A stretch of 64,000 nucleotides of DNA, taken from assembly GCF_009914755.1 (NCBI RefSeq), contig NC_060929.1; one strand, written 5' to 3'. The position numbers and the translations under genes were made by a program. This DNA comes from the human T2T-CHM13v2.0 reference genome, Homo sapiens. Shown here in pieces: positions 1-13,015 of the stretch; positions within the stretch are counted from its first letter, which is position 1; every line of letters starts with the position of its first letter. The notes beneath the pieces are model-generated. The model was not told the origin of the DNA, made no database searches, and worked only from the letters and a program-made list of their open reading frames with translations.

Positions 1-56
1 GGGTTAGGATTTCAACACATGAATTTGGCAGAGACACAAACATTCAGACCATAGTA
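1..56 (-). mobile_element. 5' end of a MaLR LTR (MLT1A/MST-like), truncated by the window edge
   Basis: Reverse complement reads TACTATGGTCTGAATGTTTGTGTCTCTGCCAAATTCATGTGTTGAAATCCTAACCC, the typical MaLR LTR start. Confidence 0.7.
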
Positions 57-107
57 CTGGATACAGCTATATTTAATTATGGGAAGGATGACGGACTGAC
101 TGAATGG

Positions 108-570
108 AATGGACAGTTTTATACGTCAGCTTGATTAGGCTATAGTACTCACTTATTAATCTAATACTAATTTAGGTGTTACTGTGAATGTATTTTGCAG
201 GTGGGGTTAATAGCTACAATCAGTTGACTTTAAGTGCAAGAGATTACCCTCAACAATGTGTATGGGCATTATTCAATCAGTTAAAGGACTGTAGGAACAA
301 ATCCTGAATTTTTCTGGAAAGGAGGAACCTTTGCTTCACAACTACATCAACTCCTGCCTGAGTTTTCAGTCTGCTGACCTGCCCTACATTTAATTTAAGA
401 CCCACCAGCCCCAACAATTGCATGAGCCAATTCCTGAAAATAAATCTCTTTATGTATGTATCACTTATACAAACATTCACACATACGTTAACATACATAC
501 ATATATATGTGTACGTACATACTTATGCCCCCTATTGGTTCAGTTTCTCTGGAGATTCCTCACTGATATT
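108..570 (+). mobile_element. MLT2 (MLT2D-like) ERVL solo LTR
   Basis: CAGTTGACTTTAAG...AGATTACCCTC, CTCCTGCCTGAGTTTTCAGTCTGCTG, GAGCCAATTCCTGAAAATAAATCTC, a TA/CA-rich stretch, then CCTATTGGTTCAGTTTCTCTGGAG. Confidence 0.8.
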
Positions 571-659
571 CTTGCCTCATGAAGTGAAAGAGTACTGGGG
601 AATTGGAGTTGTTCTGGTTTTCCCATTAACCAGTAAGGTGAACTCAAACAGTCTACGGG

Positions 660-775
660 CTTCTTGAGAGCAAGGACTACATTTTCCTTACTGATATTTC
701 TCTGACATCTACATAGCTCCTAGTGCACATTAGGTGCTCAGTAAGTATTTGATGAGTGAATGAATAGATGAATAG
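660..775 (+). mobile_element. L2 3' end fragment
   Basis: CTTGAGAGCAAGGAC...TAGGTGCTCAGTAAGTATTTGATGAGTGAATGAAT, the characteristic L2 tail. Confidence 0.65.
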
Positions 776-864
776 TCTGCCTTTTCCTTGGGCTCAGTTG
801 TCTTTTCTAGAAAAGAAGGAGGTTGATCTAACTACATTCCCTTAGGCTCTTCCAGAAATGTAGA

Positions 865-965
865 GTAGCAATTAAGAAATTCAGGTCTGGATTCAGGCAC
901 AATGGGTTTGAATCCCAGCCATGCCACTTAATAGCTATATGACTTTGGGTAATTTAGTTTAACCA
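865..965 (+). mobile_element. MIR fragment
   Basis: GGGTTTGAATCCCAGCCATGCCACTTAATAGCTATATGACTTTGGG core. Confidence 0.6.
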
Positions 966-1639
966 ATCAGTATGGGTATTCCCACCAAACATTACCTCAT
1001 TTAATCCTTACCACAAGTCTAAATGATATATATATAGTGTTTATTCTCCTTGGAACTCACCCTGCTCTGACCCAATATACTTCAACTCTTCTGTGGGCAA
1101 AGCAGGTGGACGGACATGCATGTGTGATTCTGTTCCACACAGCAAAGACATCAATGCCTCCTCCTGTTCTCCTGGCTAATCTGAGCTACAGCCACATGTG
1201 CTGCCAGAGGCATTTGGCAGACTAACCCAATGTTCAGTTAGGTGTGTAAAGAGTAAGTCAGTAGCTCAATGGGGCAGCATAATTAGTTCAAATATGTGGG
1301 CCCAGTCCTCATAGATATCGTGCCCTGAGCAGTGGGATTTGGTGTTAAATGGAGTTGGAGACATGCTGGGTCACAAACAGAAGCTACACCTCAGGCTTGA
1401 TTTCTGGTCTGTGAAATGGGAGTCGAGTGGGCAAGGAGCCCCCAGGATTTTCCATGAGGAGGCACTGAGCACTATTCCAAGGGGAGAACCATAAGATCTG
1501 TCTGGGTTTAATGCTAAGTCAGAAACCAGAGTGGAAGCCCTATCCAAAATTCATCCAATGTCTGCGGTTATTTCAGACAGCTGCATGCTCTGTATCACAT
1601 TGTTCCATTTTACTGTCATCACATCACCTAACCTCACTG

Positions 1640-1800
1640 GACATTATTTTGTTCATTTACTCACTTACTTATTTACTCTCTGTCTCACTGACCAGACTTA
1701 AGCATCTGAGAATAAGAACCTTACATTTTTTGTTCACTGTTGGATCATCAGCTTCTAGAATAGTTGATTTGATATATACTTGTCAAATGAATGAATGAAA
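1640..1800 (+). mobile_element. L2 3' end fragment
   Basis: TTGTTCACTG...CTAGAATAG...AAATGAATGAATGAA tail. Confidence 0.6.
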
Positions 1801-2319
1801 AAATCCTTTCTCTTAGGGACATCTGAAAAGCACCAGGCAACTAGCAGAGATGTAAATTAGTTTTGTTCTTTTTTTTTTGGCCACTGACCGAACACCTTTC
1901 AAGATCATGATATTATAAGGGAAAAGGAAAGTTGGATTAAAAGTAACTATGCACTCCCTCCATTGCCCATCTAAGCTTCAATACACTATAATTTGTTTTC
2001 TTAAAGCTCCCTTCTAATCCTAGTCAATTATTTTTCATGCTTAAAGTTACAAGTGGCCAGGATACATCTGTGTGGAGTTATGAATGGTTACAGAGAGTGG
2101 TGAGGGAAAAGAGGGTTAAACTGGTCAATTATTAATTTAAAAATGAGTATGAATGGTTTTATTTAGACTACCTTTTCCTTCTGCAATAACTGGGAGTACA
2201 AACCAACCAACCCTGACTTTAGAGTTAGAATTGGGGCTCTAGCCTTGGCTCTGTTACTCTTGGATGACCTTGAGAAGGTTGCTCTACCCCTCTAGATTTT
2301 GGTTTATGTTCATTCCTCA

Positions 2320-2840
2320 GCTATAAGTTGAGCACTTACTAGGTAATGGTTGCCAATCTAGGTAACGGAGATACATTTGTGTGGAGTCAACAAAACAACC
2401 TGGAGTCTTTACCCTCATTAAGTTTACCTGGCCAGAGTTGGGGGTGGGTGTAATAGACAGTAAAAATGGAAACTAAGGTAAGAAAATTACGATAGTGATA
2501 AGTGCAATAGAATAAAAAGAGCTAGACAGGCACACAAAGGTAAAGGAAAATGTGAACTGAGCAGGATGGGGCATTTCTCTTTTTGGAATCAACATAAAAA
2601 TTCAGAGACTTGAGTGACACATAGTTAGTTACAAGGATTGAAAGAAGATCTCTCCAGGCAAGTTCAAAGCTTTGAAAGAAGAATGAGTTTCATTGATTTG
2701 AGGACCAAAATGGCGTCCAGTATGGCTGGCTGGTGCTTAGTGAATAGAAGAGAAAGCAGGAGATAAAGTTGACTGGGCCAGATCATGTAAAGCCTGCAGA
2801 CAAGGTATCTGAATTGTTTTCTAGTGCAATGGGAAGTTAA
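2320..2840 (-). mobile_element. L2 fragment
   Basis: TTGAGCACTTACTAGG...; GGGCCAGATCATGTAAAGCC...TGCAATGGGAAG, L2 antisense motifs. Confidence 0.6.
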
Positions 2841-2869
2841 TCCATCTTTTCTTGCTAATTGATTACTCC

Positions 2870-3910
2870 TTTTAACCTATATCTCTTAACTTTGGAGTAT
2901 CCCAGGGTCTGTGGATCCCTCTCTTCTTATTTCTACCAAAGATCACACCCCAGGTGATCTCATCCAGTCCCCTGACTTTAAATACCATCTATATGCTGAT
3001 AATTCCCAGATTTATACCCATAGAGCAACTTCTGCATTCTAGACCTGTGTATACAACTGCCTACTCAATGCTTTTACTTCATGTCTAAAAGGAAACTCAA
3101 ACTTTACATGCAAAAGTGAACCTCCTTCTGTCCCTACAAATCTACCTCCCCAGCAGTCTCCCCTGTCTTTGGGAAGGATGAGTCCATCTATTTAGTTTTT
3201 TTGAGCCAAAATACCTGGAGTCATTCTTGATGCCTCAGTTCCCAGACATCCACTCTGTCTGCAAACTCTGTGGGTTCTGTCTTCAAATTATGTCTGGGGT
3301 CTGATTACCCATCACTTGCCACGAAGTTATTCCTTAGTTCAAACCCCATCATCTCTTGCTTGGATTATTGCACTAACCTCTCACCTTTTCTTCCTGCTTT
3401 AACTTCCTTCACTCTATTATCAGCATAGCAACCAGAGTGTTCCTTTACAAATGTAAGTCAGATCATGCTGGCTTTTAATCTATGTTTTAATCAGTACAGT
3501 CCAAGGTCTTCTCATCTCACTCAGAGCAAAGGCCAAGCCCTCACAATGTCTTACCTGGCGTTTCCTTGCTGTTTCTTGAACATGCCAGGCATGCTTCTGC
3601 TTCCAGGCCCTTGCCCTGGCTGTTTCCTCAGTCTAAAGAGCTTTCCCCAGATATTCACATGGCTCATTCCCTTACTTGCTCAATTCGTTGCTCAAACACA
3701 ACCTTCTGCTTGAGACTGTTCCTGACTGCCCATATAAAAATTGCACCCCCGGCACTAGCCACTTTGTTTATCGTCAGCATCCCTAAGTAGGACGTATACT
3801 CCCCAAGGTCAGGCATTTTTGTTTGGTTTCTTCGCTGCTATATTTCTAACAGCTAGAACAGTGCCTAGCACATAAGGCAGCTCCATAAATGCTGAATGTT
3901 GACAAATGAG
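2870..3910 (+). mobile_element. L2 (about 1 kb including the 3' end)
   Basis: GATCTCATCCAGTCCC...TTTAAATACCATCTATATGCTGAT...CCTGGAGTCATTCTTGA...AAGTCAGATCATG...CTAGAACAGTGCCTAGCACATA. Confidence 0.8.
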
Positions 3911-3911
3911 A

Positions 3912-4109
3912 AGGTTTCAAACAGGGGAATGATATGACATATTTTATGAAGATTGTTTGGCTATATATGATGTGTGGATTGCAGGGGAGAATGGGAGGGA
4001 GCACAGACATCCCTTAACGGCTGTTGTGGTAGTTAAGGAGTGAGATGATAGTAGCATATTCTAAGATGTTATGGGGAAGCTGCTGAGAAATAGCTAGGTT
4101 TGGAATATA
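3912..4109 (-). mobile_element. L2 fragment, left half; continues at ~10295
   Basis: L2 antisense text stops at GGTTTGGAATATA and resumes after the MER2 right half (TTTTGACAGAACTGACAAGACTGGCTGATGGATT). Confidence 0.6.
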
Positions 4110-4348
4110 CAGTTGGCCCCCTGTATCCATGGGTTCTGCATTCGTGGATTCAACCAATCACACATTGAAAATATTCAGAAAAAAATTGTGTCTCTACTGA
4201 CAAACTTGTTATTATTTTTTGGTCATTATTCTCTAAACATAGTATAACAACTATTTACATGGCATCTACATTGTACTAAGTATTAGAAGTAGTCTAGAGG
4301 TAATTTAAAGTATCTGGGAGGATGTGCTTAGGTTATATGCAAATACTA
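4110..4348 (-). mobile_element. MER2 (TcMar-Tigger MITE), left part
   Basis: TA|CAGTTGGCCCCCTGTATCCATGGGTTCTGCATTCGTGGATTCAACC...GGTTATATGCAAATACTA; TA target at 4108-4109. Confidence 0.85.
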
Positions 4349-4599
4349 TTTTATTTTTATTATTTTAATAGGTTTTTGGGGAACAGGTGGTGTTTGGTTA
4401 CGTGGCTAAGTTCTTCAGTGGTAATTTCCAAGATTTTGATGCATCTATCACCTAAGCAGTGTGTACTGTACCCAATGTGTAGTCTTTTATCCCTCACTCT
4501 CCACCCACCCTTTCCTCCACATCCCCAAAATCCATTCATTGTATCATTCTTATGCCTTTGCATCCTCATAGCTTAGCTCCCACTTATGAGTGAGAACAT

Positions 4600-4736
4600 A
4601 TGATGTTTGGTTTTCCATTCTTGAGTTACTTCACTTAGAATAATGGTTTCCAACTCCATCTACGTTGTTGCAAATGCCATTATTTTGTTCCTTTTTATGG
4701 CTGAGTAGTATATCATGGTGTGTGTGTGTATGTATA

Positions 4737-4775
<39 letters not shown>

Positions 4776-7700
4776 CACATTTTCCTTATCCACTTGTTGA
4801 TTGATAGACATATGAGCTGGTTCCATAGTTTTGGAATTACAAATTATGCAACTATAAACATGTGTATCCAAGTATCTTTTTCGTGCAATGACTTCTTTGC
4901 CTTTGGTTAGATACTCAGTAGTGAGATTGCTGGAACAAATGGTATATCTACTTTTAGTTCTTCAAGAAATCTCCACACTGTTTTCTATAGTGGTTGTACC
5001 ACTTTACATTCCCATCAACAGTGTAAAAGTGTTCCCTTTTCACCACATCCACGCCCACATCTATTATTTTTTGATTTTTTCATTATGGCCATTCTTGCAG
5101 GAGTAAGGTGGTATCACATTGTGGTTTGATTTGCAGTTCCCTGATCATTAGCAATGCTGAGCATTTTTTCATATGTATGTTGGCCATTTGTATATCTTCT
5201 TTTGCGAACTGTTTATTCAGGTCCTTAGCCCACTTTTTGATGGGATTATTTGTTTTTTCTTGCTGTTTTGTTTGAGTTCTTTGTAGGTTCTGGATAATAG
5301 TCCTTTCTCAGATGCATAGTTTGCGAAGGTTTACTCCCACTCTGTGGGGTGTCTGTTTACTCTGCTGACTGTTCTTTTGCTGTGCAAAAGCTCTTTAGTT
5401 TAATTAAATCCCACCTATTTATCTTTTTTTTTTTGTTGCATTTGCTTTTGGGTTCTGGGTCAAGAAGTCTTTGCGTAAGCTGATATCTAGAAGGGTTTTT
5501 CCAATGTTATCTTCTAGGATTTTTATGGTTTCAGGTCTTAGATTTTAGTCTTTGATCCATCTTGAGTTGACTTTTTTTTATATAAGGTGAGAGATGAGGA
5601 TCCAGTTTCATTCTTCTACATGTGGCTAGCCAATTATCCCAGCACCATTTGGTAAATAGGTTTTCCTTTCCCCAACTTATGTTTTTGTTTGCTTTGTCAA
5701 AGATCAGTTAGCTGTAAGTATTTGAGTTTATTTCTGGGTTCTCTATTCTGTTCCATGGGTCTGTGTGCCTATTTTTTATACCAGTGTCATGATGTTTTGG
5801 TGACTATAGCCTTATAGTATAGTTTGAAGTCAGGTAGTGTGATGGCTCCAGATTTGTTCTTTTTGCTTAGTCTTGCTTTGGCTATGTGGGCTCTGCTTTT
5901 GTTTCATATGAATTGTAGGTTTGTTTTTTCTAGTTCTGTGAAGAATGATGGTGGTATTTTGATGATAATTGCATTGGATTTGTACATTGTTTTTGGCAAT
6001 ATGGTCATTTTCACAATATTGATTCTACCCATCCATGAGCATAGGATGTCTTTCCATTTGTTTGTGTCATCGATGATTTTTTTCAACAGTGTTTTGTAGT
6101 TTTCTTTGTAGAGGACTTTTACCTCCTTGGTTAGGTATATTCCTAAGTGTTTTATTTTATTTTTTTTTTGCAGCTGTTGTGAAAGGGGTTGAGTTCTTGA
6201 TTAGATTCTCAGCTTGGTCTCTGTTGGTGGATAGCAGTGCTACTGATTTGTGTACATTAATTTTGTATCCAGAAACTTTACTGCATTCATTTATCAGATC
6301 TATTAATAGAAGCTTCTTGGATGAGTCTTTAGGATTTTCTAGGTATATGATCATAGCATTGGCAAACAGTGACAGGTTGACTTCCTCTTTACCAATTTGA
6401 ATGACCTTTATTTCTTTCTCATGTCTGATTGCTCTGGTTAGGACTTCCAGTACTATGTTGAATAGAAGTGGTAAAAGTGGGCATCTTTATCTTGTTCCCA
6501 TTCTCAGGGAGAATGCTTTCAACTGTTCCCCATTCAGTATAATGTTGCCTGTGGGATTGTCATAAATGGCTTTTATTATTTATGGTATGTCCCTTGTATG
6601 CCAATTTTGCTGAGTTTTAATCATAAAGGGATGCTGGATTTTGTCAAATGCTTTTCCTGCATCTATTGAGATGATCATGTGATTTTTATTTTTAATTCTG
6701 TTTATGTAGTGTATGACATTTATTAATTTGCTTACATTAAACTATCCCTGCATTCTTGGTATGAAACCCACTTGATCATGGTGGATTATCTTTTTGATAT
6801 ACTGTTGGGTTCAGTAAGCTAGTATTTTTGTTGAGGATTTTTACATCTATGTTCATCAGGGATATTGATCTGTAGTTTTCTTTCTTGTTATGCCCATTTC
6901 TGGTTTTGCTATTAGGGTGATACTGCCTTCACAGAATGATTTAGGGAGGATTCTCTTTCTCTACCTTTGGAAATAGTGTCAATAGGATTGGTACAGATTC
7001 TTCTATGAATGTCTGATAGAATTCACCTATGAAGACATCTGGTCTTGGACTTTTTTTTCTTGGTAATTATTTTTATTACCATTCAATGTTGCTGCTTGTT
7101 ATTGGTCTGTTCAGAGTTTCTTTTTCTTCCTGGTTTAATCTAGGAGGGTTGTATATCTCCAGAAATTTATTCATCTCCTCTAGGTTTTCTAGTTTGTGTG
7201 CATAAAGGTATTCATAGTAGTCTTGAATGATCTTTTGTATTTCTTTGCTATCAGTTGTAATATCTCTTGTTTCATTTCTAATTTGAGCTTATTTGGATCT
7301 TCTCTCTTCTTTTCTTGGTTAATTTCACTAATAGTCTATCAATTTTATCTTTTCAAAGAACCAGCTTTTTGTTTCATTTATCTTTCATATTTTGTTTCAA
7401 TTTCATTTAGTCCTGCTCTGTTCTTTGTTATTTCTTTTCTTCTTCTGGGTTTGGGTTCGCTTTGTTCTTATTTCTCTAGTTTCTTGAGGTGTGACCTTAG
7501 ATTGTTCATTTGTGCTTTTTCAAAAATTTTTATGTAGGCATTCAATGCTATGAACTTTCCTCTTAGCACTGCTTTTGCTGTATCTCAGAGGTTTTGATAG
7601 GTTTTATCACTATTATTGTTCAGTTCAAATAATTATTAAATTTCCACCTTGATTTTATTGACCCAATGATCATTCAGGAGGAAGATATTTAATTTCTATG

Positions 7701-8460
7701 TATTTGCATGGTTTTGAGGGTTCTTTTTGGAGTTGATTTCCAATTTTATTCCACTGTGGTCTCAGAGAGTACTTGATATAATTTTGATTTTCTTAAATTT
7801 ATTGAGACTTGTTTTGTGGCCTATCATATGGTCTATCTTGGAGAATGTTCTAAGTGCTAATGAATAGATTCTATGTTCTGCAGTTGTTGGGTAGAATGTT
7901 CTGTAAATATCTGGTAAGTCTGTTTGTTCTAGGGTATAGTTTAAGTCCATTGTTTCTTTGTTGAGTTTCTGTCTTGATTTCCTGTCTAGTGCTGTCAGTG
8001 GAGTATTGAAGTCCCCCACTATTGTGTTGCCATCTATCTCATTTCTTAGGTCTAGTAGTAATTGTTTTATAAACTTGTGAGCACCAGTGTTAGGTGCATA
8101 TATATTCAGGATTGTTATATTTTCCTGTTGGACTAGTCCTTGTATCATTATATAATGTCCCTCTTTGTCTTTTTTAACTGTTGTTGCTTTAAAGTCTGTT
8201 TTGTCTAATGATAGCTACTCCTGCTTGCTTTTGGTGTTCATTTACATGGAATATCTTTTTCTACCCCTTTACCTTAAGTTTATGTGAGTCTTTATGTGTC
8301 AGGTGAGTTTCTTGAAGACAGCAGATACTTGGTAGGTGAATTCTTATCCATTCTTCCATTCTGTATCTTTTAAGTGGAGCGTTTAGGCCATTTACCCTCA
8401 TCGTTAGTATTGAGATATGAGGTACTATTCTGTTTATCATGTTAGTTGTTGCCTGAATAA
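4600..8460 (-). pseudogene. Disrupted L1 ORF2 (APE endonuclease + reverse transcriptase)
   Basis: ORF fragments PHISILTMRVNGLNAPLKR...CCLQETHL (8261-8485), NIYAPNTGA...VGDFNTPL (7762-8148), MIIYLENP (6157-6354), [18 protein letters not shown] (5904-6086). The RT FADD motif reads FANA at 6355-6366. Many stops and frameshifts. Confidence 0.9.
4718..4772. repeat. (TG)n microsatellite inside the L1 3' region
   Basis: Directly visible interrupted TG run. Confidence 0.95.
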
Positions 8461-9897
8461 CTTGGGTCTTTTTTTTTTTTTTCATTTTGTTATTGTTTTA
8501 CAGGTCCTGTAAGATTTGTGCTTTAAGGAGGTTTTATTTTGGTGTATTTCAAGCATTTGTTTCAAGATTTAGAGTTCCTTTTAGCAGTGCCTGTAGTACT
8601 GGTGTGGTAGTTGGTGAATTCTCTCAGCATTTGTTTGTCTGAAAAGGACTGTATCTTTCCTTTATTTATGAAGCTTAATTTTGCTGGATACAAAATTCTT
8701 GGCTGATAATCATTTTGTTTAAAGAGGCAAAATATAAGACACCAATCCCTTCTAGCTTGTAGAGTTTCTGCTGAGAAATCTGATGTTAATTTGATAGATT
8801 TTCCTTTGTAGGTTACCTGATGCTTTTGCTTGAATAAGTACTTCGGTTTCTTAGGTGGTAGGTGGGACCATAGAGGCTCACAAGAGATTGTGTCCTTTGT
8901 CTTTGGCTACTTGGGGCTGGTAGAGAAAGACCATCAGGTAGAAGCAGGGTTAGGCATGTCTGAGCTCAGACTTTCCTTGGGCGGCACTTGCTGTGGCTGC
9001 TGTTGTGGATCGGGAGGTAGTTCTCAGGCTGATGGAGTTACATTCCCAGGGGGATTATGGCTGCATCACACAGGTCACCAGGGAAGTAGGGGAAAGCCGA
9101 CAGTGACAGGCCTCACCCAGCTCCCATGCAGCCTAAAAGGCTAGTCTCATTCGCACTGTGCCACAACCCCCCCGCCCCCCACACGCCCGTCCCCACCCCT
9201 GCCCCAACAGCACTGAGTTCCACCCCCAACAACAGCACTGAGTTTATTTCCAGGCAATCAGTGAGCAGGGCTGAGAACTTGCCCTCAAGCTACAAGCCTC
9301 CCTGCTGAGAAAGCAAGCAGGGCTTTCAGATTTTACGCCTCCCTGCCTGTGGTAGCTTCTGTGCTGGTATCTGCACTCCTGGTTTGCCTCCTGCCCTGGA
9401 TTCTGTCCGGGGAATCTTTGCATTTGGTCAAAATTGTTACAAAGTTCAGCTGGAAGTTTTCTTCTCCCTGTGGTCTTTCCCCAGTTCCACTGGCAGCCCT
9501 CCCCAAGCAACTGTGAGAGACAGTCAGGAATGGCTTTTCTGGGGACTGAGAGCGCCCACAGGGCTTTTACTGCTGCTTCCTCTACCCCTATATTTTGCTC
9601 AGTTCTCTAAATTCATCTCACCTCCACATAAGGTCAAATGCTTCTCCTGTCATCTGGACCTTCAGGTTCCCCATTGAGGATGTGTGTTCGAGGGCAGACA
9701 TTCCTCCTCTCACACTCTGGGCACTCACAGTGTTTTGGCTGTCTCACCGAGCTTGCAGTGGCACACCCCTTCCTTCAGAGGGTCTGTGGATTCTCTCAGC
9801 TTTCCTGGTATGTTCCCACAGTAGTTCTTGGAGCAAAAGTTTACAATGTGAGTCTACACACACTGTTCTGTCTGTCTGAGTGGGAGCTTCAAGTTAG

Positions 9898-10192
<295 letters not shown>

Positions 10193-10197
10193 TCTCT

Positions 10198-10293
10198 GCC
10201 ATTTTATATCAAGGCCTTGAGCATCTGTGGATTGGATTTTATATCTGAGGGAGGTCCTAGAACCAATCCCCTGTGGTTACTGAGGGAAGGCTC
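10198..10293 (-). mobile_element. MER2, right part
   Basis: GCCATTTTATATCAAGGCCTTGAGCATCTGTGGATT...GTCCTAGAACCAATCCCCTGTGGTTACTGAGGGA continues the MER2 interrupted at 4348. Confidence 0.85.
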
Positions 10294-10294
10294 C

Positions 10295-10650
10295 ATTTTG
10301 ACAGAACTGACAAGACTGGCTGATGGATTAAATGTAGATTGATAATGAGGAATCAAGAATGAATTTTAGATTTTTTAAATCTAAACAATTAGACAGATGA
10401 TGGTATCATTATTTAAGATGAGGAAAATGGGGGGTGGGCTGGCTTTTATTTATTCATTTGTTTGAAGGTAGATTTAAGATTTCTTTGGGGGCATATTCAG
10501 GGTCCTTTGAAGTATTTATTTATTTTGGATTAAACACCTAGACTAGGCAAAAAGTTGGATATGTAAATCTAGAGCTCATGGGTGAGGTCTGGGCTGCAAA
10601 TATAAATTTGGTAATATTAACATGTCTGAAATAAAGGAAATTAGATGAGT
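10295..10650 (-). mobile_element. L2 fragment, right half
   Basis: GCTGATGGATT...GAGGAATCAAGAATGA...GTTGGATATGTAAATCTAGAGCTCA...GAGGTCTGGGCTG. Confidence 0.65.
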
Positions 10651-11169
10651 ATGTCATCCTCTGCTCTGGAGTTTATGTTCTTAGGAGTAAAGGTGGAGGA
10701 ATGGGGGCAAAGGATACCCAAGTAAAAAGTAAAGTGACAGAGAAGTGGCATTATTAATCAGGGACCTATCTATAGAGCACTCACAATGTATGCACCGTGC
10801 TTGGTGCTGGTATTCCTGCGGTAAAAAAGATGAATGCAATCCTTCCCCTGAGGGAACTTACCAGTTATAAAGCAGTCTACTTCTATTACAAAAGCTAATA
10901 GGATTATAAGGGAAAGAAAGCTCTATTGTTTATTTTGATAGAATGAGTGGATTTTTCCCCACCCTCCTGTGTTTGAGAATCCTAATTATTAAGTTTGGAG
11001 TGGGTCCCAAATTTGGTATAGATGCATGTGAATATACAATAATTATAGCCAGGGTGAGGGTTGCATTCAAGTAAATGGTACAAAATCCTTAAGCTATCCA
11101 GGTCTCCCTTTGGTCGAGGTCATGGTATGGAGCAATTGTCCATTATTTCTAATTCTCTGTGGATAAAGA

Positions 11170-11400
11170 AGAAATAAACATTTATTGAGCTCTTAGTGTG
11201 TGTTATGTACTTAATACCATTTACCTACATTAATTGAGCCCTCCCTGTAATGTATGAGGTAGGTGGCATTATCCCTATTTTGCAGGCCAGAAAACTGAGG
11301 CCAAGGAGGGTTAATAAATGTTCTAATGTCAAAAAGTGAGGCACTGGCAGATCCAGTACTCACCCTGAGGTCTGATGTAATTTCATGCTCTTTCAACTCT
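11170..11400 (-). mobile_element. MIR
   Basis: AACATTTATTGAGC...TATGAGGTAGG...CCCTATTTTGCAGG...AAACTGAGGCC. Confidence 0.75.
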
Positions 11401-12880
11401 AAAGCCTAAAGGAACACAAAATAAACTTAGTATTTCTTTCACATTATAGTACATACTTAAATTCATCTTACTTTTCCTTCCCAGTCTGCTTTTCCTTGGG
11501 CTAAACAACTTCAGTTCTTTCAAATAATCTACGTGTTACATATTAACTGTTACAGTGCTTGGCATAGTACCTGGCACACAGTCAGTGCCTTACAATTGCT
11601 AGTGAATATGATTCTGCCATGTGGCAGCTAAAGAAACTGAGTCTTACAGAAGCAAAGGGGCTTATCCAGTGTCTTACACCTAATCATCTGCTCTGCTTCC
11701 AAGTTCTAGCCACATTTTACTTCTATCAGTTTTTGTTTCTTGAATGCAGTTCAACTAGAATAAGGCCATCCTTTTCCCCTCCTATATTTAGGCCTCTATA
11801 CTCCTTTTAATATGGTTTCAATTGACTTGGCCTTCAGGGAACTCTCCTTGTACCCAAGGGTGTGTCTTCTCCTTTGGTTTAGTGCAGCAGTTTGTTTATT
11901 CATTCACTTTCTGAAACTGGAGCTGGCTGGCTGGCAGAATTTAATCAGAAGATTGTGTAACCATGGCAAGAAGCTGCCCAAATCCATAACTATAACGAGA
12001 GAGTGGGAGACAGGAGAATTGGATTAAAAGGCAGCTCGCTTTGCAAAGAAGGAATCTTCAACTTTTCCTCCCTTTCACCTCTTATTACCCACCTATGAGA
12101 AGAAGGATGAAAACCAAAGGTAAAACTGTGAAGTGAGGTCAGCTCTGAGAGACCCCAGGGAATTTCTAAAGTGATGGGGTTAATTAGACATGTGGAAGTA
12201 TATCCTGTTTGGTAGGGTCTCTATAAAAAGAGATGGGTATTACTATTCATCCATCTCTCCATCCCTCCACCTACCATCAATTCAACAATTCTAACAATCA
12301 AGTCAACATGTTTGTCTCTAACTTCTCTACCCTCTAATCCATGACAGACCTATCTTCCTCCCCTAAGCCCACCATCCAAGCTTCAGCAACATCAGTCCAA
12401 CTAGGAGAAAACTTCAGTGTGACCTACATGGTTCTGGGTGAGCCAGAGATTGCTATGGACTTTAGCTGGGTATATCCAGGGCAGAAGGTAAGCAGCAGGT
12501 AATGGAGGCTGTGTATATGTGTGTACGTGGTGGTGGAGTGTTGGGGCAGGGAGGTGGGAGTGAGGGATTAGTTAGGGCCATGAGATTACAGAGAAGTGGA
12601 ATCGAGAGATGTTTAAGTCTAAGGCTCCCTGAGAAGAACCCCAATTCCTCCTTGTTTAACCCCCCTACTCTTGTGCGTGAGATTTCTCTGCTTGGCATTC
12701 ATTGCTTTACCATAACAATCACAACAATATGTATACAGCACTTAGGAATATGAAGTGATTTTCACATCTACCTTATTATTTGAATCATAACAGAAATTCT
12801 GTGAATGCTACAGAGTAAGAAAAGGTGGTTTAATGCAAGGGTTTTGAGCAAAAGTTTGGAGTTGAGAAGACCAACTTGAC

Positions 12881-13015
12881 AGCCAGGCATGGTGGCACAT
12901 GCCTGCAATGCCAGCTACTCAGGAGGCTGAGGTGGGAGGATTGCTTGAACCTAGGAGTTTGAGACCAGCCTGGACAGCATAGTGAGACCCCCATCTCAAA
13001 AAAAAAAAAAAAAAA
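12881..13015 (+). mobile_element. FLAM_A-like Alu monomer inserted in a MIR (~12820-13190)
   Basis: Single monomer GCCAGGCATGGTGGCACATGCCTG...GAGACCCCCATCTC plus A tail; MIR core resumes TTTCTCATCTGTAAA. Confidence 0.8.

Noticed and set aside
4600-8460. Potentially active L1
   Set aside because: ORF2 is fragmented, the RT catalytic FADD reads FANA, and ORF1 is partly deleted.
9168-9245. C-rich tract and duplicated CAACAGCACTGAGTT in the L1 5'UTR
   Set aside because: Small local slippage in a dead L1 UTR. G-quadruplex potential on the minus strand, but no evidence of function.
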